DNA of 64,000 bases. It comes from Bacteroidales bacterium. GTDB lineage: Bacteria > Bacteroidota > Bacteroidia > Bacteroidales > VadinHA17. The notes beneath the pieces are model-generated. The model saw only the letters and a list, made by a program, of their open reading frames with translations, searched no databases and had not been told where the DNA came from. Shown in pieces: positions 39,357 through 49,337 of this stretch. Numbering within the stretch: the first letter of the stretch is position 1; every line of letters begins with the position of its first letter. Both the position numbers and the translations under genes were made by a program. The stretch is taken from the NCBI GenBank assembly GCA_029932855.1, contig JAOZPG010000004.1, positions 49,148 to 113,147 of the forward strand. The letters run 5' to 3'.

Positions 39357-40232
39357 ATGAATTATAAAAGTCCGAAAGTAATTGCAGAGATTGGTTGTAA
39401 CCATAAGGGAGACATGGAAATTGCCAGGGAGTTGGTAAAAGTTGCGAAGCTATACGGTAATGCAGATATTGTTAAATTTCAAAAAAGAAACAATAAAGAT
39501 CTGCTTACTGAAGAACAATATAATGCACCTCACCCCAATCCGGTAAATGCATACGGGGATAGTTATGGCGCCCACCGTGAGTTCCTTGAGTTTACTGTGG
39601 AGCAGCATGCAGAATTAAAGAAATGTTGTGAAGGTTTTGGGATAGAGTATTCGAGTTCGGTATGGGAGCTTACATCGGCAAGGGAGATAGCATCATTAGA
39701 ACCCAGGATGATAAAAATCCCTTCTGCCTGTAATAATAATATGGAAATGATGAAATGGCTGGCTGAAAACTACAAGGGGGAGATACATGTTTCTACAGGA
39801 ATGACGACCAGAGATGAAGTTGATGATATAGTGAAGCTTTTTGAAAAGCATAAGAGGGCTAAAGACCTTATCATTTATGGTTGTACATCGGGATACCCTG
39901 TCCCTTTTGAAGATGTGGCCCTGCTGGAAATTCTTAGACTCAGAGAAAAATATGAATCCAGGGTAAAGGCAATTGGCTTCAGTGGACATCATCTGGGAAT
40001 TGCTGTTGATATAGCGGCATACACACTGGGAGCAGAATATATTGAAAGGCATTATACTCTCGATCGTACATGGAAAGGAACCGATCATGCAGCCTCACTG
40101 GAGCCTGAAGGGTTAAGGAAACTGGTAAGAGATCTTAAAGCAAGTTATAAGGCGCTGAATTATAAGGATAAAGAAATACTGGACATTGAGAAGGTACAAA
40201 GAGATAAATTAAAATACCGGAAGAATGACTAA
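39357..40232 (+). CDS. neuB: NeuB-family sialic acid (Neu5Ac/KDN, probably 9-phosphate-forming) synthase, lacking C-terminal SAF domain
   Basis: VIAEIGCNHKGDMEIA matches the NeuB EIGxNHxG motif. The body is TIM-barrel-like with HHLG and ERHYTLD. At 291 aa it has no antifreeze-like/SAF tail. Confidence 0.75.
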   Translation: MNYKSPKVIAEIGCNHKGDMEIARELVKVAKLYGNADIVKFQKRNNKDLLTEEQYNAPHPNPVNAYGDSYGAHREFLEFTVEQHAELKKCCEGFGIEYSSSVWELTSAREIASLEPRMIKIPSACNNNMEMMKWLAENYKGEIHVSTGMTTRDEVDDIVKLFEKHKRAKDLIIYGCTSGYPVPFEDVALLEILRLREKYESRVKAIGFSGHHLGIAVDIAAYTLGAEYIERHYTLDRTWKGTDHAASLEPEGLRKLVRDLKASYKALNYKDKEILDIEKVQRDKLKYRKND

Positions 40233-41376
40233 AACAATAGCTTTTATTCCTGTTCGTGGCGGAAGCAAATCAATACCGGGGAAAAATATAAAATTTTTCT
40301 GCGGAAAGCCTTTGATTTACTGGGTGCTAAATGAGCTAAACCGGTCTGAAAATATAGATAGTATTGTTGTAGCAACAGACTCTGCCCTGATAAAAGAAAA
40401 GGTTTTAAGTTTTAATTTTTCAAAACTGGCAGTTTACGACAGAGATGAAAAAAATGCTACTGATACAGCATCTACAGAAAGTGTTATGCTTGAGTATATT
40501 GAGAGGGCCAAACTGAATGACGATATTATTTTTATGTTGGTTCAGGCTACATCTCCTTTTACACAAAAACAGCAGTTTGAAGAAGCACTCATTCAGTTCT
40601 CAAAGCAAAATGTTGACTCTGTCCTTTCATGTTCAAGACTTAAGCGTTTCTTTTGGGATCCCGACGGGAAACCCCTTAATTATGATTATAAAAACAGGCC
40701 AAGAAGGCAGGATTTTGATGGCCAACTAGTAGAGAATGGAGCTTTTTATATTAATACGGTTGTAAATATCAAGGAAAACAAAAACAGGCTTTCAGGTAAT
40801 ATAGCTATTTATGAGATGCCTGAATATGCCGCTGTTGAAATAGACGAGGAGGAGGACTGGATACTTGCTGAAAAGATAATGTACAAATATATTTTGCCGC
40901 AGAGAAAGACAGCTAAAATAAAGTTATTTCTTACGGATGTTGACGGGGTACTTACAGATGCAGGAATGTACTATTCAGAGAATGGAGATGAGCAAAAGAA
41001 ATTTAATACCAAAGACGGGAAGGGCATAGAATTACTGAGGAACAATGGTATAAAGACAGGAATAATAACCTCTGAGAATACGAATATTGTTGATAGAAGG
41101 GCAAAAAAGCTTAAGATAGACTACCTGGTACAGGGAGCAAGCAACAATAAGCTTGAAAAGGTGAAGGAAATATGTGCTAAGGAGAATATAGGACTTGAAA
41201 ACATAGCATATATTGGTGATGATATTAATGATCTGGAACTTTTAGAGAAAGTGGGCTTAAAAGCCTGTCCCAATGATGCTGTGGATAAAGTTAAGACTAT
41301 TGGCGGAATAAATATTCTGGAAACAAAAGGAGGATCAGGTGCTGTCCGGGAGTTTATCGATAAGTTTATCATTTAG
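40225..41376 (+). CDS. neuA: Fusion of CMP-sialic acid (N-acylneuraminate/KDN) cytidylyltransferase and KdsC-type HAD phosphatase
   Basis: The N-domain carries AFIPVRGGSKSIPGKNI. The C-domain carries LFLTDVDGVLTD, ITSENT and GDDINDL, the HAD IIIA/KdsC motifs I-IV. Confidence 0.85.
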   Translation: MTKTIAFIPVRGGSKSIPGKNIKFFCGKPLIYWVLNELNRSENIDSIVVATDSALIKEKVLSFNFSKLAVYDRDEKNATDTASTESVMLEYIERAKLNDDIIFMLVQATSPFTQKQQFEEALIQFSKQNVDSVLSCSRLKRFFWDPDGKPLNYDYKNRPRRQDFDGQLVENGAFYINTVVNIKENKNRLSGNIAIYEMPEYAAVEIDEEEDWILAEKIMYKYILPQRKTAKIKLFLTDVDGVLTDAGMYYSENGDEQKKFNTKDGKGIELLRNNGIKTGIITSENTNIVDRRAKKLKIDYLVQGASNNKLEKVKEICAKENIGLENIAYIGDDINDLELLEKVGLKACPNDAVDKVKTIGGINILETKGGSGAVREFIDKFII

Positions 41377-41377
41377 T

Positions 41378-42550
41378 ATGAGATTCATAACCAGGATCAG
41401 AAGAAGAAGAAACAGGAAGCTTATAAAGCGGGGAAAGATCAGACTTCCGCTTATAAAAAAATACAAAACCGGGAACAAGATCATTGAATTAAGTCATACG
41501 GCAGCTTTCCTGTTGTCTAATGCCGGTGATGCCATATTGTCTGTAAACCTTAAGGACCTGTTTCAGGATCAATATGCAAAGCTTAAATGGAATAATCTTC
41601 ATGTACACAATATTGTTGACCAAAAAGCTGTAGATAAAATTAACAGGACCGGAGCTTTAATAATTGGGGGAGGAGGCCTTCTCCTGAAAGATACCAATAC
41701 GAATATGCTTAGTGGCTGGCAATGGAACTGTTCGGTTGAAGTCCTGAAAAAGATACAGGTGCCCATAGTTGTTTTTGCTGTAGGTTACAATCGTTTTCGC
41801 GGACAGGAAGATTTCTCCACGGTATTTAATAAGCATGTTCAGCTGCTTACTGAAAAATCTATCTATATTGGCCTGAGGAACCAGGGGAGCATTAATGCTT
41901 TTAAGAAATATATTCCTGAAAGCCTGTATCATAAAGTACGGTTTCAGCCTTGTATGACAACAGTTATCTCAAAGTTATATCCGGGGATTTTTGATTTTGA
42001 TAAGAAAGAAAATTTCATTGCTCTGAATTGTGCATTTGATAGGACCAGCCTACGTTTTGGAGAGAGAGAGGATGAGATACTATCATCCATTGCCAGGGCT
42101 TGTAAAACAATATCTGAGAAATTTCCTGTAAGATATTATGCTCATACCCTCAGAGATCAGAGGATGCTTCCATACCTTGATAAAGCCGGACTTGATTATA
42201 AGCTCACAGACTTGAATGAAGTACATCCCAGGCGAATAATAAAGGAATATTCAAAGCCAGCATTGGTAATTGGTATGCGCGGACATGCACAAATGATTCC
42301 TTTTGGTTGTAATACCCCTATCCTTTCACTGGTTTCACATGATAAGCTACAATGGTTCCTTGATGATATAAATCATCCTGAATGGGGAGTTGACATAAGA
42401 TCTGCTGACCTGGAATCACAAATTGTGAAAAGGTCTTTTGAGATTCTGGACAATCCGGATATTATCCGCCGGCAACTACTTACCAAACAGGATCATCTCT
42501 GGGAAATTTCTAAAAAGAATGTAAAAGATATCTTTCTTAAGATTTCTTAA
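41378..42550 (+). CDS. Polysaccharide pyruvyl transferase family protein
   Basis: ALIIGGGGLL and GMRGHAQMIPFGCNTPILSL are typical of PS_pyruv_trans. The ATG at 41378 lies 1 nt after the neuA stop, whereas the tracked GTG at 41339 overlaps neuA. Confidence 0.6.
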   Translation: MRFITRIRRRRNRKLIKRGKIRLPLIKKYKTGNKIIELSHTAAFLLSNAGDAILSVNLKDLFQDQYAKLKWNNLHVHNIVDQKAVDKINRTGALIIGGGGLLLKDTNTNMLSGWQWNCSVEVLKKIQVPIVVFAVGYNRFRGQEDFSTVFNKHVQLLTEKSIYIGLRNQGSINAFKKYIPESLYHKVRFQPCMTTVISKLYPGIFDFDKKENFIALNCAFDRTSLRFGEREDEILSSIARACKTISEKFPVRYYAHTLRDQRMLPYLDKAGLDYKLTDLNEVHPRRIIKEYSKPALVIGMRGHAQMIPFGCNTPILSLVSHDKLQWFLDDINHPEWGVDIRSADLESQIVKRSFEILDNPDIIRRQLLTKQDHLWEISKKNVKDIFLKIS

Positions 42551-42688
42551 GATATGAGACTGATACAAAAACCGTAAAATAGTTACTTTTATGTTTGATT
42601 AAAGAGATGCTTAATATAAGCTGAAGAGACTGATAATTAAGCTTTGTATTCGATGATGCTAGCCTGATTTATCTATGAGCTAACAAAT

Positions 42689-43507
42689 ATGTTTGATGAT
42701 TTGTATAAATATCTGCTGACAGGATTTATTTTATTTTCTGTTTTATACACTGCTTTAGGGCGGGAAGAGATAGCAAACGGAGCCGGCAGTGAGCTGACAG
42801 CAGACAGCCTGGTCTCGGTAAATGCTCAGCTCAGAAGTTTTGATGACGGAACGCCTGTTATATATGCTCATATTTTTAATCCCGGATTAGATATTGGTAC
42901 TACCAGCGATACACTTGGATTTTTTAGTATTATAATGAGGAGGGATGATTCCCTGCTGATTACCGATATTGCTTTTAAGAAAGAATATTTTTCACTGCCG
43001 GACTTCTGGCCTTCAGACTTTTATTCGGGGCAAATATATTTAAAGAAGCAGGTTTACAGGATAGAACAGGTATCAATTCACAGTATGCCGGGTTATGAGC
43101 AATTAAAAAGAGAGACAGTCTCTTCTATTGGACCCAAAACCCCTGAAGAAAAAAGAATTGAATATATTCAGAGAGCTACAGGCGAGGAAGCTTTTAAGTA
43201 TAATAAGATATATGTTGGTTTTAGTTTCAGCATGAAAACGAAAGAGCAGAAAAGTCTTGAGAAATTACAGATTATACTGGCAGAGCAAAGGAAAATGGCA
43301 CAGATCAGACTTAAGTTCAATGAAAATAATATTGGAGAACTAACCGGACTTAATGGGATTGAGTTGAAGAATTTCATGAGGCATTGTAATTTCAGCGAGG
43401 AGTTTCTTCTCAATGCCAGTGAATATGATGTATTACACAGGGCTAAAAGAATTTTTAGGAAATATGAAAGAAGCACCCGTTTACAACGATATAGTCCTGG
43501 CACATAA
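42689..43507 (+). CDS. Membrane-anchored carboxypeptidase-regulatory-like domain protein, function unknown
   Basis: N-terminal TM helix. The pattern VNAQLRSFDDGTPVIYAHIF....GTTSDTLGFFSI matches the CarboxypepD_reg beta-sandwich pattern. Confidence 0.5.
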   Translation: MFDDLYKYLLTGFILFSVLYTALGREEIANGAGSELTADSLVSVNAQLRSFDDGTPVIYAHIFNPGLDIGTTSDTLGFFSIIMRRDDSLLITDIAFKKEYFSLPDFWPSDFYSGQIYLKKQVYRIEQVSIHSMPGYEQLKRETVSSIGPKTPEEKRIEYIQRATGEEAFKYNKIYVGFSFSMKTKEQKSLEKLQIILAEQRKMAQIRLKFNENNIGELTGLNGIELKNFMRHCNFSEEFLLNASEYDVLHRAKRIFRKYERSTRLQRYSPGT

Positions 43508-44417
43508 TAGGATAAAGCCTTTTATTCACAGGACACCCGTTTTAACTTCCTCTGCTCTCGACAAAATATTCGACAGGGAATTATTTTTCAAATGTGAAAA
43601 TTTCCAAAAGGTTGGAGCTTTTAAATACAGGGGAGCCAGCAATGCTGTTTTGAGTCTTGATAAGCAGGCCCTTACAAAGGGTGTGGCTACGCATTCATCA
43701 GGAAATCATGGGGCAGCACTGGCACTGGCAGCTAAAATCCAGGGAGTGCCGGCCTATATTGTTATGCCCAACAATGCCCCGACAGTGAAAAAAGAAGCGG
43801 TTGCTGCCTATGGAGCCGCTATCAGCTATTGTGAGCCAACACTCCAGGCACGTGAAGAAGGACTCAGGGGAGTTATTGAAAAAACGGGAGCTTCGTTTAT
43901 ACATCCTTTTGATAATTCAGATGTTATAGCCGGGCAGGGCACTGCAGCTAAAGAGTTATTTGAAGATCATCCGGGGCTGGATGCCGTTATTGCTCCCGTT
44001 GGTGGTGGAGGTCTTATATCCGGGACAGGCATTGTTGTTAAAGAGCTAAACAGATCATGCAGAATAATAGCTGCCGAGCCGGAAGGGGCTGATGATGCTT
44101 TTCGTTCTTTTTATGCTAATGAACTTTTGTCATCAGTTGATCCGGATACTATTGCAGACGGATTGCTCACTTCGCTCAGTCCGCTGACATACAGTATTAT
44201 AAAAGCTAAGCTTGATGATATTCTCACAGTGAGCGAAAGCAATATCGTTAAAGCGATGAAACTTATATGGACCAGGATGAAGATTATCGTTGAACCTTCA
44301 TCTGCTGTTAGCCTGGCTGTATTGCTTCAGCATCCGGAGAAGATAGCTGAAAGAAAAATTGGGATAATAATCTCGGGAGGAAATGTGGATCTTGATTCTG
44401 TTAAAGAGTGGTTTTAG
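43464..44417 (+). CDS. PLP-dependent serine/threonine dehydratase family (serine racemase / hydroxyaspartate ammonia-lyase-like)
   Basis: Motifs HRTPVLTS, FKYRGA (PLP Lys), HSSGNHG and GGGGLISG. The ATG at 43464 gives the canonical N-terminus. Confidence 0.85.
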   Translation: MKEAPVYNDIVLAHNRIKPFIHRTPVLTSSALDKIFDRELFFKCENFQKVGAFKYRGASNAVLSLDKQALTKGVATHSSGNHGAALALAAKIQGVPAYIVMPNNAPTVKKEAVAAYGAAISYCEPTLQAREEGLRGVIEKTGASFIHPFDNSDVIAGQGTAAKELFEDHPGLDAVIAPVGGGGLISGTGIVVKELNRSCRIIAAEPEGADDAFRSFYANELLSSVDPDTIADGLLTSLSPLTYSIIKAKLDDILTVSESNIVKAMKLIWTRMKIIVEPSSAVSLAVLLQHPEKIAERKIGIIISGGNVDLDSVKEWF

Positions 44418-44433
44418 CCAGACCGGACTATTC

Positions 44434-45573
44434 TTAATGTTTGCCGGGGGATTGTGAGCTTTGGAGTTCCAGTGTTGATACAAGGGGATAATGATCAGAA
44501 AGCCTGGTTTTTACTGTTCTGAAACAGTTTGTATGAATATTCTTACTGTGAAGTATGTAATCGATCCTGAAAGAGGGAAATATCTGTTCATAGGTCTTTC
44601 CAAAGCCCTTCCCTGCTTCAACGAAGGAGTCTGTAAGTCCGGTTTTTATAGTACGATACACAAATGATACAGGAGTATCGTTAAAATCGCCACAAACAAT
44701 AACAGGATACTTGCTGTTATTAATATGCAATTTAAGTTGTTTTGCCTGTTTAGCCCTTTGAATGTATGCAGTTTTCATTCTGAGAGAAATTTCCTGCAGC
44801 TTATAAATAGATTTTTCATTCAGATTATGCTCAAAGTCCGTTATAAGAGCTAAATTTTTTGAACCCAGCCTGAAAGATTGCAGATGGTTGTTGTAAACCC
44901 TTACAGTATCACCCGAGATTACCATATCAACATAAATACACCTGCTCCCGGTTTTGCTAAAAGAAACTTCTCCCTTATTAATGATAGGATAGGCAGAAAA
45001 AATAATATTTCCGTAGTTCCTTGTTTTCGAAGGATTGCCAATGAATTTATAATAACTGTAAGGATTTCTCCCAAGATCTCTGCTTAGCGTTTCAAGACTC
45101 AGTCCATTATTGCCCGGGACCAGTACTTCCTGTAAACAAATAATATCTGCTTCTTGTTCGAGTATCAGCTTCCTGAAATCATTATATGAGCCACTTCCCC
45201 TGTTAGCCTCATAAAAGTTAAATAATTTTACATTAAAAGTTAAGATCTTTACTGTCTTCCTGTTTTCTTGTCTATCCCGGGATAACACAATATCATCATT
45301 GCCTTTCGTCCCCCTGAACTGATAATGATTTCTTATATGAATTGTTCCTGATAATATTACCACCAGTATCAGTAGGGCTGTTTTTCTGTTCCTGAATGTC
45401 CAGTATATGAGGAGACCCAGATTGGCAATAAGGAAATAGGGATAAAATAAACCGAATATACTGAGCAACCATAGCTTTTCAGGGCTTATCCATACAGATA
45501 GATAGGAAAGGATAATACCTGCAATGAAAAGGATGCTTAAAGCAGTGATCAGTCTATGAATGCTTCTTTTCAA
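44434..45573 (-). CDS. Membrane-anchored endonuclease/exonuclease/phosphatase (EEP) family protein
   Basis: Three N-terminal TM helices. EEP motifs are ILTFNV, ADIICLQEV, GDFNDTP and SDHYPL. The only available start is a TTG. Confidence 0.8.
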   Translation of the reverse strand: MKRSIHRLITALSILFIAGIILSYLSVWISPEKLWLLSIFGLFYPYFLIANLGLLIYWTFRNRKTALLILVVILSGTIHIRNHYQFRGTKGNDDIVLSRDRQENRKTVKILTFNVKLFNFYEANRGSGSYNDFRKLILEQEADIICLQEVLVPGNNGLSLETLSRDLGRNPYSYYKFIGNPSKTRNYGNIIFSAYPIINKGEVSFSKTGSRCIYVDMVISGDTVRVYNNHLQSFRLGSKNLALITDFEHNLNEKSIYKLQEISLRMKTAYIQRAKQAKQLKLHINNSKYPVIVCGDFNDTPVSFVYRTIKTGLTDSFVEAGKGFGKTYEQIFPSFRIDYILHSKNIHTNCFRTVKTRLSDHYPLVSTLELQSSQSPGKH

Positions 45574-45638
45574 ATAATTATGGTTTATAAAAAAACAAGT
45601 TTAACATATTGTCCCTTGTAAAGAGCTGTTAATAAATA

Positions 45639-46535
45639 TTATTGTTTATTGTTATTACTCATTTTAAAAAGGATTTCCTTTTCTTTTTTTGTCAGGCTTT
45701 CATATCCGGCTTTGGATATTTTCTCGAGTATCCTGTCCACATTTTTTTGTTCCTCGGCCTTTACTGCATTATAGTCCATGTCCTTATCAGCTGTCTTTTT
45801 TTTGTAACTTACCTTCATTTTGCTCCTGGGCTTGAAAAGTCTGAATACACTATCCATAACCTTATTAAAACCTTTTGCCATATCCTTGCCCTTTTTGAAT
45901 TGAGATACATATATAAAACCGAAGAGTGCTCCTCCTATATGTGCAATGCTTCCACCGGGATTTTCAGCAAAATCCAGTAATGACGAAAATACCAAAGCTG
46001 CAATGGCGATATATTTTATTTTAACGGGACCAATAAGTACCAGCCTGATTATATAATTAGGGACATATGCCGCAATGGCAATTACAATGGCCATTACAGA
46101 TGCAGAGGCTCCAAGTGTCAGAGAATGTCTGAGAATGGGCTCAAAAACCGGGAACAGGTTAAATGCAAGTATATTGAGTAAGGCTCCGGATAGGCCTCCC
46201 AGCAGATAAAGGCTTACAAGCTTTTTCTGGTCAAAATATTCAAGAAATATTTCCCCGAACCAATAAAGCCATAAAAGATTGAATAGTATATGTAAGAACC
46301 TTTCATGTAAAAACATATAAGTGAAAGGTGTCCAGAACCTTGTTAATAATTCGGGAAGATAGGTGGGCAGAGCCAGCCAGTCTAATACCAGCAGTTCAGC
46401 ATCCTGAATATTAAAAAGAAAGAGGAAGATGAATATTATCTTTACCATGAGGAAAACCCCAAGGTTGATATAGATAAGCTTATGAAGTGAGCTTCCTCTT
46501 TTATATGATTTTTTTATTTCTTCAACCAGATTCAT
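45639..46535 (-). CDS. Rhomboid-family intramembrane serine protease
   Basis: Multi-TM protein with GASASVMAIV (catalytic Ser) and AHIGGALFG (catalytic His). Confidence 0.8.
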   Translation of the reverse strand: MNLVEEIKKSYKRGSSLHKLIYINLGVFLMVKIIFIFLFLFNIQDAELLVLDWLALPTYLPELLTRFWTPFTYMFLHERFLHILFNLLWLYWFGEIFLEYFDQKKLVSLYLLGGLSGALLNILAFNLFPVFEPILRHSLTLGASASVMAIVIAIAAYVPNYIIRLVLIGPVKIKYIAIAALVFSSLLDFAENPGGSIAHIGGALFGFIYVSQFKKGKDMAKGFNKVMDSVFRLFKPRSKMKVSYKKKTADKDMDYNAVKAEEQKNVDRILEKISKAGYESLTKKEKEILFKMSNNNKQ

Positions 46536-46541
46536 GTTTTG

Positions 46542-47285
46542 TCAATAGAATGTTTTTTTATTTTTAGCCCAGTATCTGATGAGGATGAATCCAAATATCA
46601 TGCCGCCCAGGTGTGCAAAATGGGCAATGTGACTTCCCGGTTGAGCAAAGGCCAGAACGAGTTCAAGGCTGCCATAAAAGATAACGAAATATTTGGCTTT
46701 TATTGGTATGGGAGGGAATAATAACATCAGCTGGGTATTTGGGAACAGCATTCCAAATCCCAGCAAAACGCCATATACCGCACCTGAGGCTCCCACCGTT
46801 CTTACGTTCATCAGTGTATTCATTTTTCCCATCAGGGGATTAACAAAATTCTTGCTTTGTTCCCAGGCATTATAACCCTCTTGCAATACGCTTTCAATTT
46901 GTTCGGGACTGAGCTGTGACTTTACAGAAGCAAATTCCAGGTAATTAACAAATGTATGTACAATAGCCGCTCCCAGGCCTGTAACAAAATAAAAAATAAA
47001 AAAACGCTTGCCACCCCAAACACCTTCCAGTACTCTCCCAAACATCCACAGGGCGAACATATTAAAGAATATATGACTGATACTTCCATGCATAAACATG
47101 TGGCTTACAAACTGGTAAGGCCTGAAATGCTCAGAGGCAGGAAGATACAGGGCAAGATATTTATTCAGGTCTATACCAAAAGATCCTGCTAAAACATATG
47201 TTGCCAGAAAGAACAGGATATTTAATATTATCAGGTTCTTTACAACCGGGGGTGTTCCTCCCAAAGATGATCTGAAGTTATTCAC
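46542..47285 (-). CDS. Rhomboid-family intramembrane serine protease
   Basis: Motifs HMFMHGSISHIFFNM, GASGAVYGVL and AHLGGMIFG. The start codon is GTG. Confidence 0.85.
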   Translation of the reverse strand: MNNFRSSLGGTPPVVKNLIILNILFFLATYVLAGSFGIDLNKYLALYLPASEHFRPYQFVSHMFMHGSISHIFFNMFALWMFGRVLEGVWGGKRFFIFYFVTGLGAAIVHTFVNYLEFASVKSQLSPEQIESVLQEGYNAWEQSKNFVNPLMGKMNTLMNVRTVGASGAVYGVLLGFGMLFPNTQLMLLFPPIPIKAKYFVIFYGSLELVLAFAQPGSHIAHFAHLGGMIFGFILIRYWAKNKKTFY

Positions 47286-47430
47286 TTAATATATTTATTT
47301 TCATGTTTCCGGAGATAGGCCGGCATTTTGTTAAAGAATCACTTGCTTCATGTTTATCAATAGCCGGACCAAAGTTATAATAATTATAAAATAATATTTA
47401 TTCGGTCATGATGTCAGGCACCGGCAATTA

Positions 47431-49278
47431 CTATTTGAGTTTATTTTCCACTTCAGACATATTTATGATAGTAATGATGGCTTTCCCCCCCGGGGAATAG
47501 TTTGGGGAGCTGCATGAAAACAAGCTGTCAACAATGTCCTTCATTTCTTCCTGGCTCAGGGATCTTCCATAGGGCATGGCTGAAGCCTGTGCCAGCGATT
47601 GTGCAAGTCGTTCCCTGTGATTCTTTTCCAGGCTTGATCCCGTATCCTTATATTCATTAAGCAATAACTCAAGTGCTCCTGCCGGATCATCAATTTTGCT
47701 TTCTGTTGGTGTAGCATTGATCATAAGTGAATTATTGCCAAGGTCACTAATATCAAATCCCATTTTGTTCAGTTCGGGTATAAGTTCTTTAAGAAGTATA
47801 TAGTCGGCAGGATTCAGTTCCATGGAATGGGGAAACATATTCTTTTGTGCATAGCTTTGCAATGATTTGTCCTGCTTCAGGAAATGTTCATAAAGTATTC
47901 TTTCATGTGCCCTTTTCTGGTCTATGATCATCAGTCCCGATTTTACGGGTGAAAGAATATACTTTGCCTTTAGCTGCAAAAGATTTTGCTTTGCCTGTTC
48001 GTTAAGTTTAAAAAGCCCGGCCCGGCCCACGGTTTTTTCATTATCATGTATTTTAGTACCTTCTTCCTGCCTGCCATGCCTGTTTGCCATGAAACTTTCC
48101 CTGTACATCTCTTCCCAGTTTTCCAGAGCTTTAGTTTGTTTGTTATGCCAGCTGGCCTTTTGGTCATTATCAAAAGGATTAAAAGCCGGATTTATATCTA
48201 CCTGTGGGGTATCGGTTATTGTATCTTTTTTTAGTACGGGGATATCAATGCTGCCCTCGGTGTTGAAATCAATTGAGGGAATCACATTAAACTTGCCGAG
48301 AGCTTCCCTGATGCTGGCATTTAATATCTGCCATACTGCCTGTTCATCTTCAAATTTAATTTCTGTTTTGGTCGGATGTATGTTTATATCTATCTTATCG
48401 GTAGCTATTTCGAAATACAGGAAGTAAGAAGGTATAGTGTCGGGAGCCAGTATGTCTTCATAAGCCCGCGTAACTGCCTTATGGAAATAAGGGTGCTTCA
48501 TGTACCTGTCATTAACGAAAAAGAATTGTTCACCGAATGTTTTCCGGGCAAATTCAGGTTTTCCGATATGACCACTGATATTAATAATGCTGGTTTTTGT
48601 TGTAACGGGAACGAGGTTGGGAAGTATCCCCCTGCCAAAAACAGCAGCTATCCTTTGAGCCATGGAAGCTACAGGAGGAAGGATATATATTTCTGAGTTA
48701 TTATGATGAAGCGAAAAGGAGATATGGGGAAGTGTTAATGCTATTCTCTGGAATTCAATTACAAGATGCCTGAGCTCGGTAGAGTTTGATTTAAGGAATT
48801 TCCTTCTTACAGGTATATTGAAAAAGAGGTTTTTAACAATGATGTTTGTTCCCGGCTGACAGGCGACGGTTTCCTGGCTCTCAACCACAGAAGCACTTAT
48901 CTTAATATGGGTTCCCAGCTTGTCTTCCTGCCGGCGGCTTTTAAGTTCAACCTGTGCAACCGCTGCTATGGATGCCAGTGCTTCACCTCTGAATCCCAGT
49001 GTTCGTATTGCAAAAAGATCGTTTGCTTCTTTAATCTTTGAGGTGGCATGTCTTTCAAAACACATCCTTGCATCAGTGTCAGACATGCCGCAGCCATTAT
49101 CAATTATCTGTACCCTTGATTTACCGGCTTCTTTTATAAGAAGCTTTATTTCTGTGCTTCCTGCATCAACAGAGTTTTCGATAAGTTCTTTTACCAGTGA
49201 GGCCGGGCGCTGAATAACCTCGCCTGCAGCTATCTGGTTGGCAACGGAATCAGGTAATAATTGAATTATATCTGCCAT
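47431..49278 (-). CDS. mutL: DNA mismatch repair protein MutL
   Basis: N-terminus IQLLPDSVANQIAAGEVIQRPASLVKELIENSVDAG and GFRGEALASI in a 615-aa protein. Confidence 0.95.
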   Translation of the reverse strand: MADIIQLLPDSVANQIAAGEVIQRPASLVKELIENSVDAGSTEIKLLIKEAGKSRVQIIDNGCGMSDTDARMCFERHATSKIKEANDLFAIRTLGFRGEALASIAAVAQVELKSRRQEDKLGTHIKISASVVESQETVACQPGTNIIVKNLFFNIPVRRKFLKSNSTELRHLVIEFQRIALTLPHISFSLHHNNSEIYILPPVASMAQRIAAVFGRGILPNLVPVTTKTSIINISGHIGKPEFARKTFGEQFFFVNDRYMKHPYFHKAVTRAYEDILAPDTIPSYFLYFEIATDKIDINIHPTKTEIKFEDEQAVWQILNASIREALGKFNVIPSIDFNTEGSIDIPVLKKDTITDTPQVDINPAFNPFDNDQKASWHNKQTKALENWEEMYRESFMANRHGRQEEGTKIHDNEKTVGRAGLFKLNEQAKQNLLQLKAKYILSPVKSGLMIIDQKRAHERILYEHFLKQDKSLQSYAQKNMFPHSMELNPADYILLKELIPELNKMGFDISDLGNNSLMINATPTESKIDDPAGALELLLNEYKDTGSSLEKNHRERLAQSLAQASAMPYGRSLSQEEMKDIVDSLFSCSSPNYSPGGKAIITIINMSEVENKLK

Positions 49279-49337
49279 AAATGGTTTAATACATTTAATT
49301 TGAAGGGAACAAGGACTTTATAGGTGATGTTTACAGG

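Noticed and set aside
43413-43507. 95-nt overlap between ORF 42689-43507 and the tracked start of the dehydratase gene
   Set aside because: The canonical dehydratase N-terminus begins at the ATG at 43464 (MKEAPVYNDIVLAHNRIKPFIHRTPV). The longer extension is probably not translated. The remaining 44-nt overlap is unremarkable.
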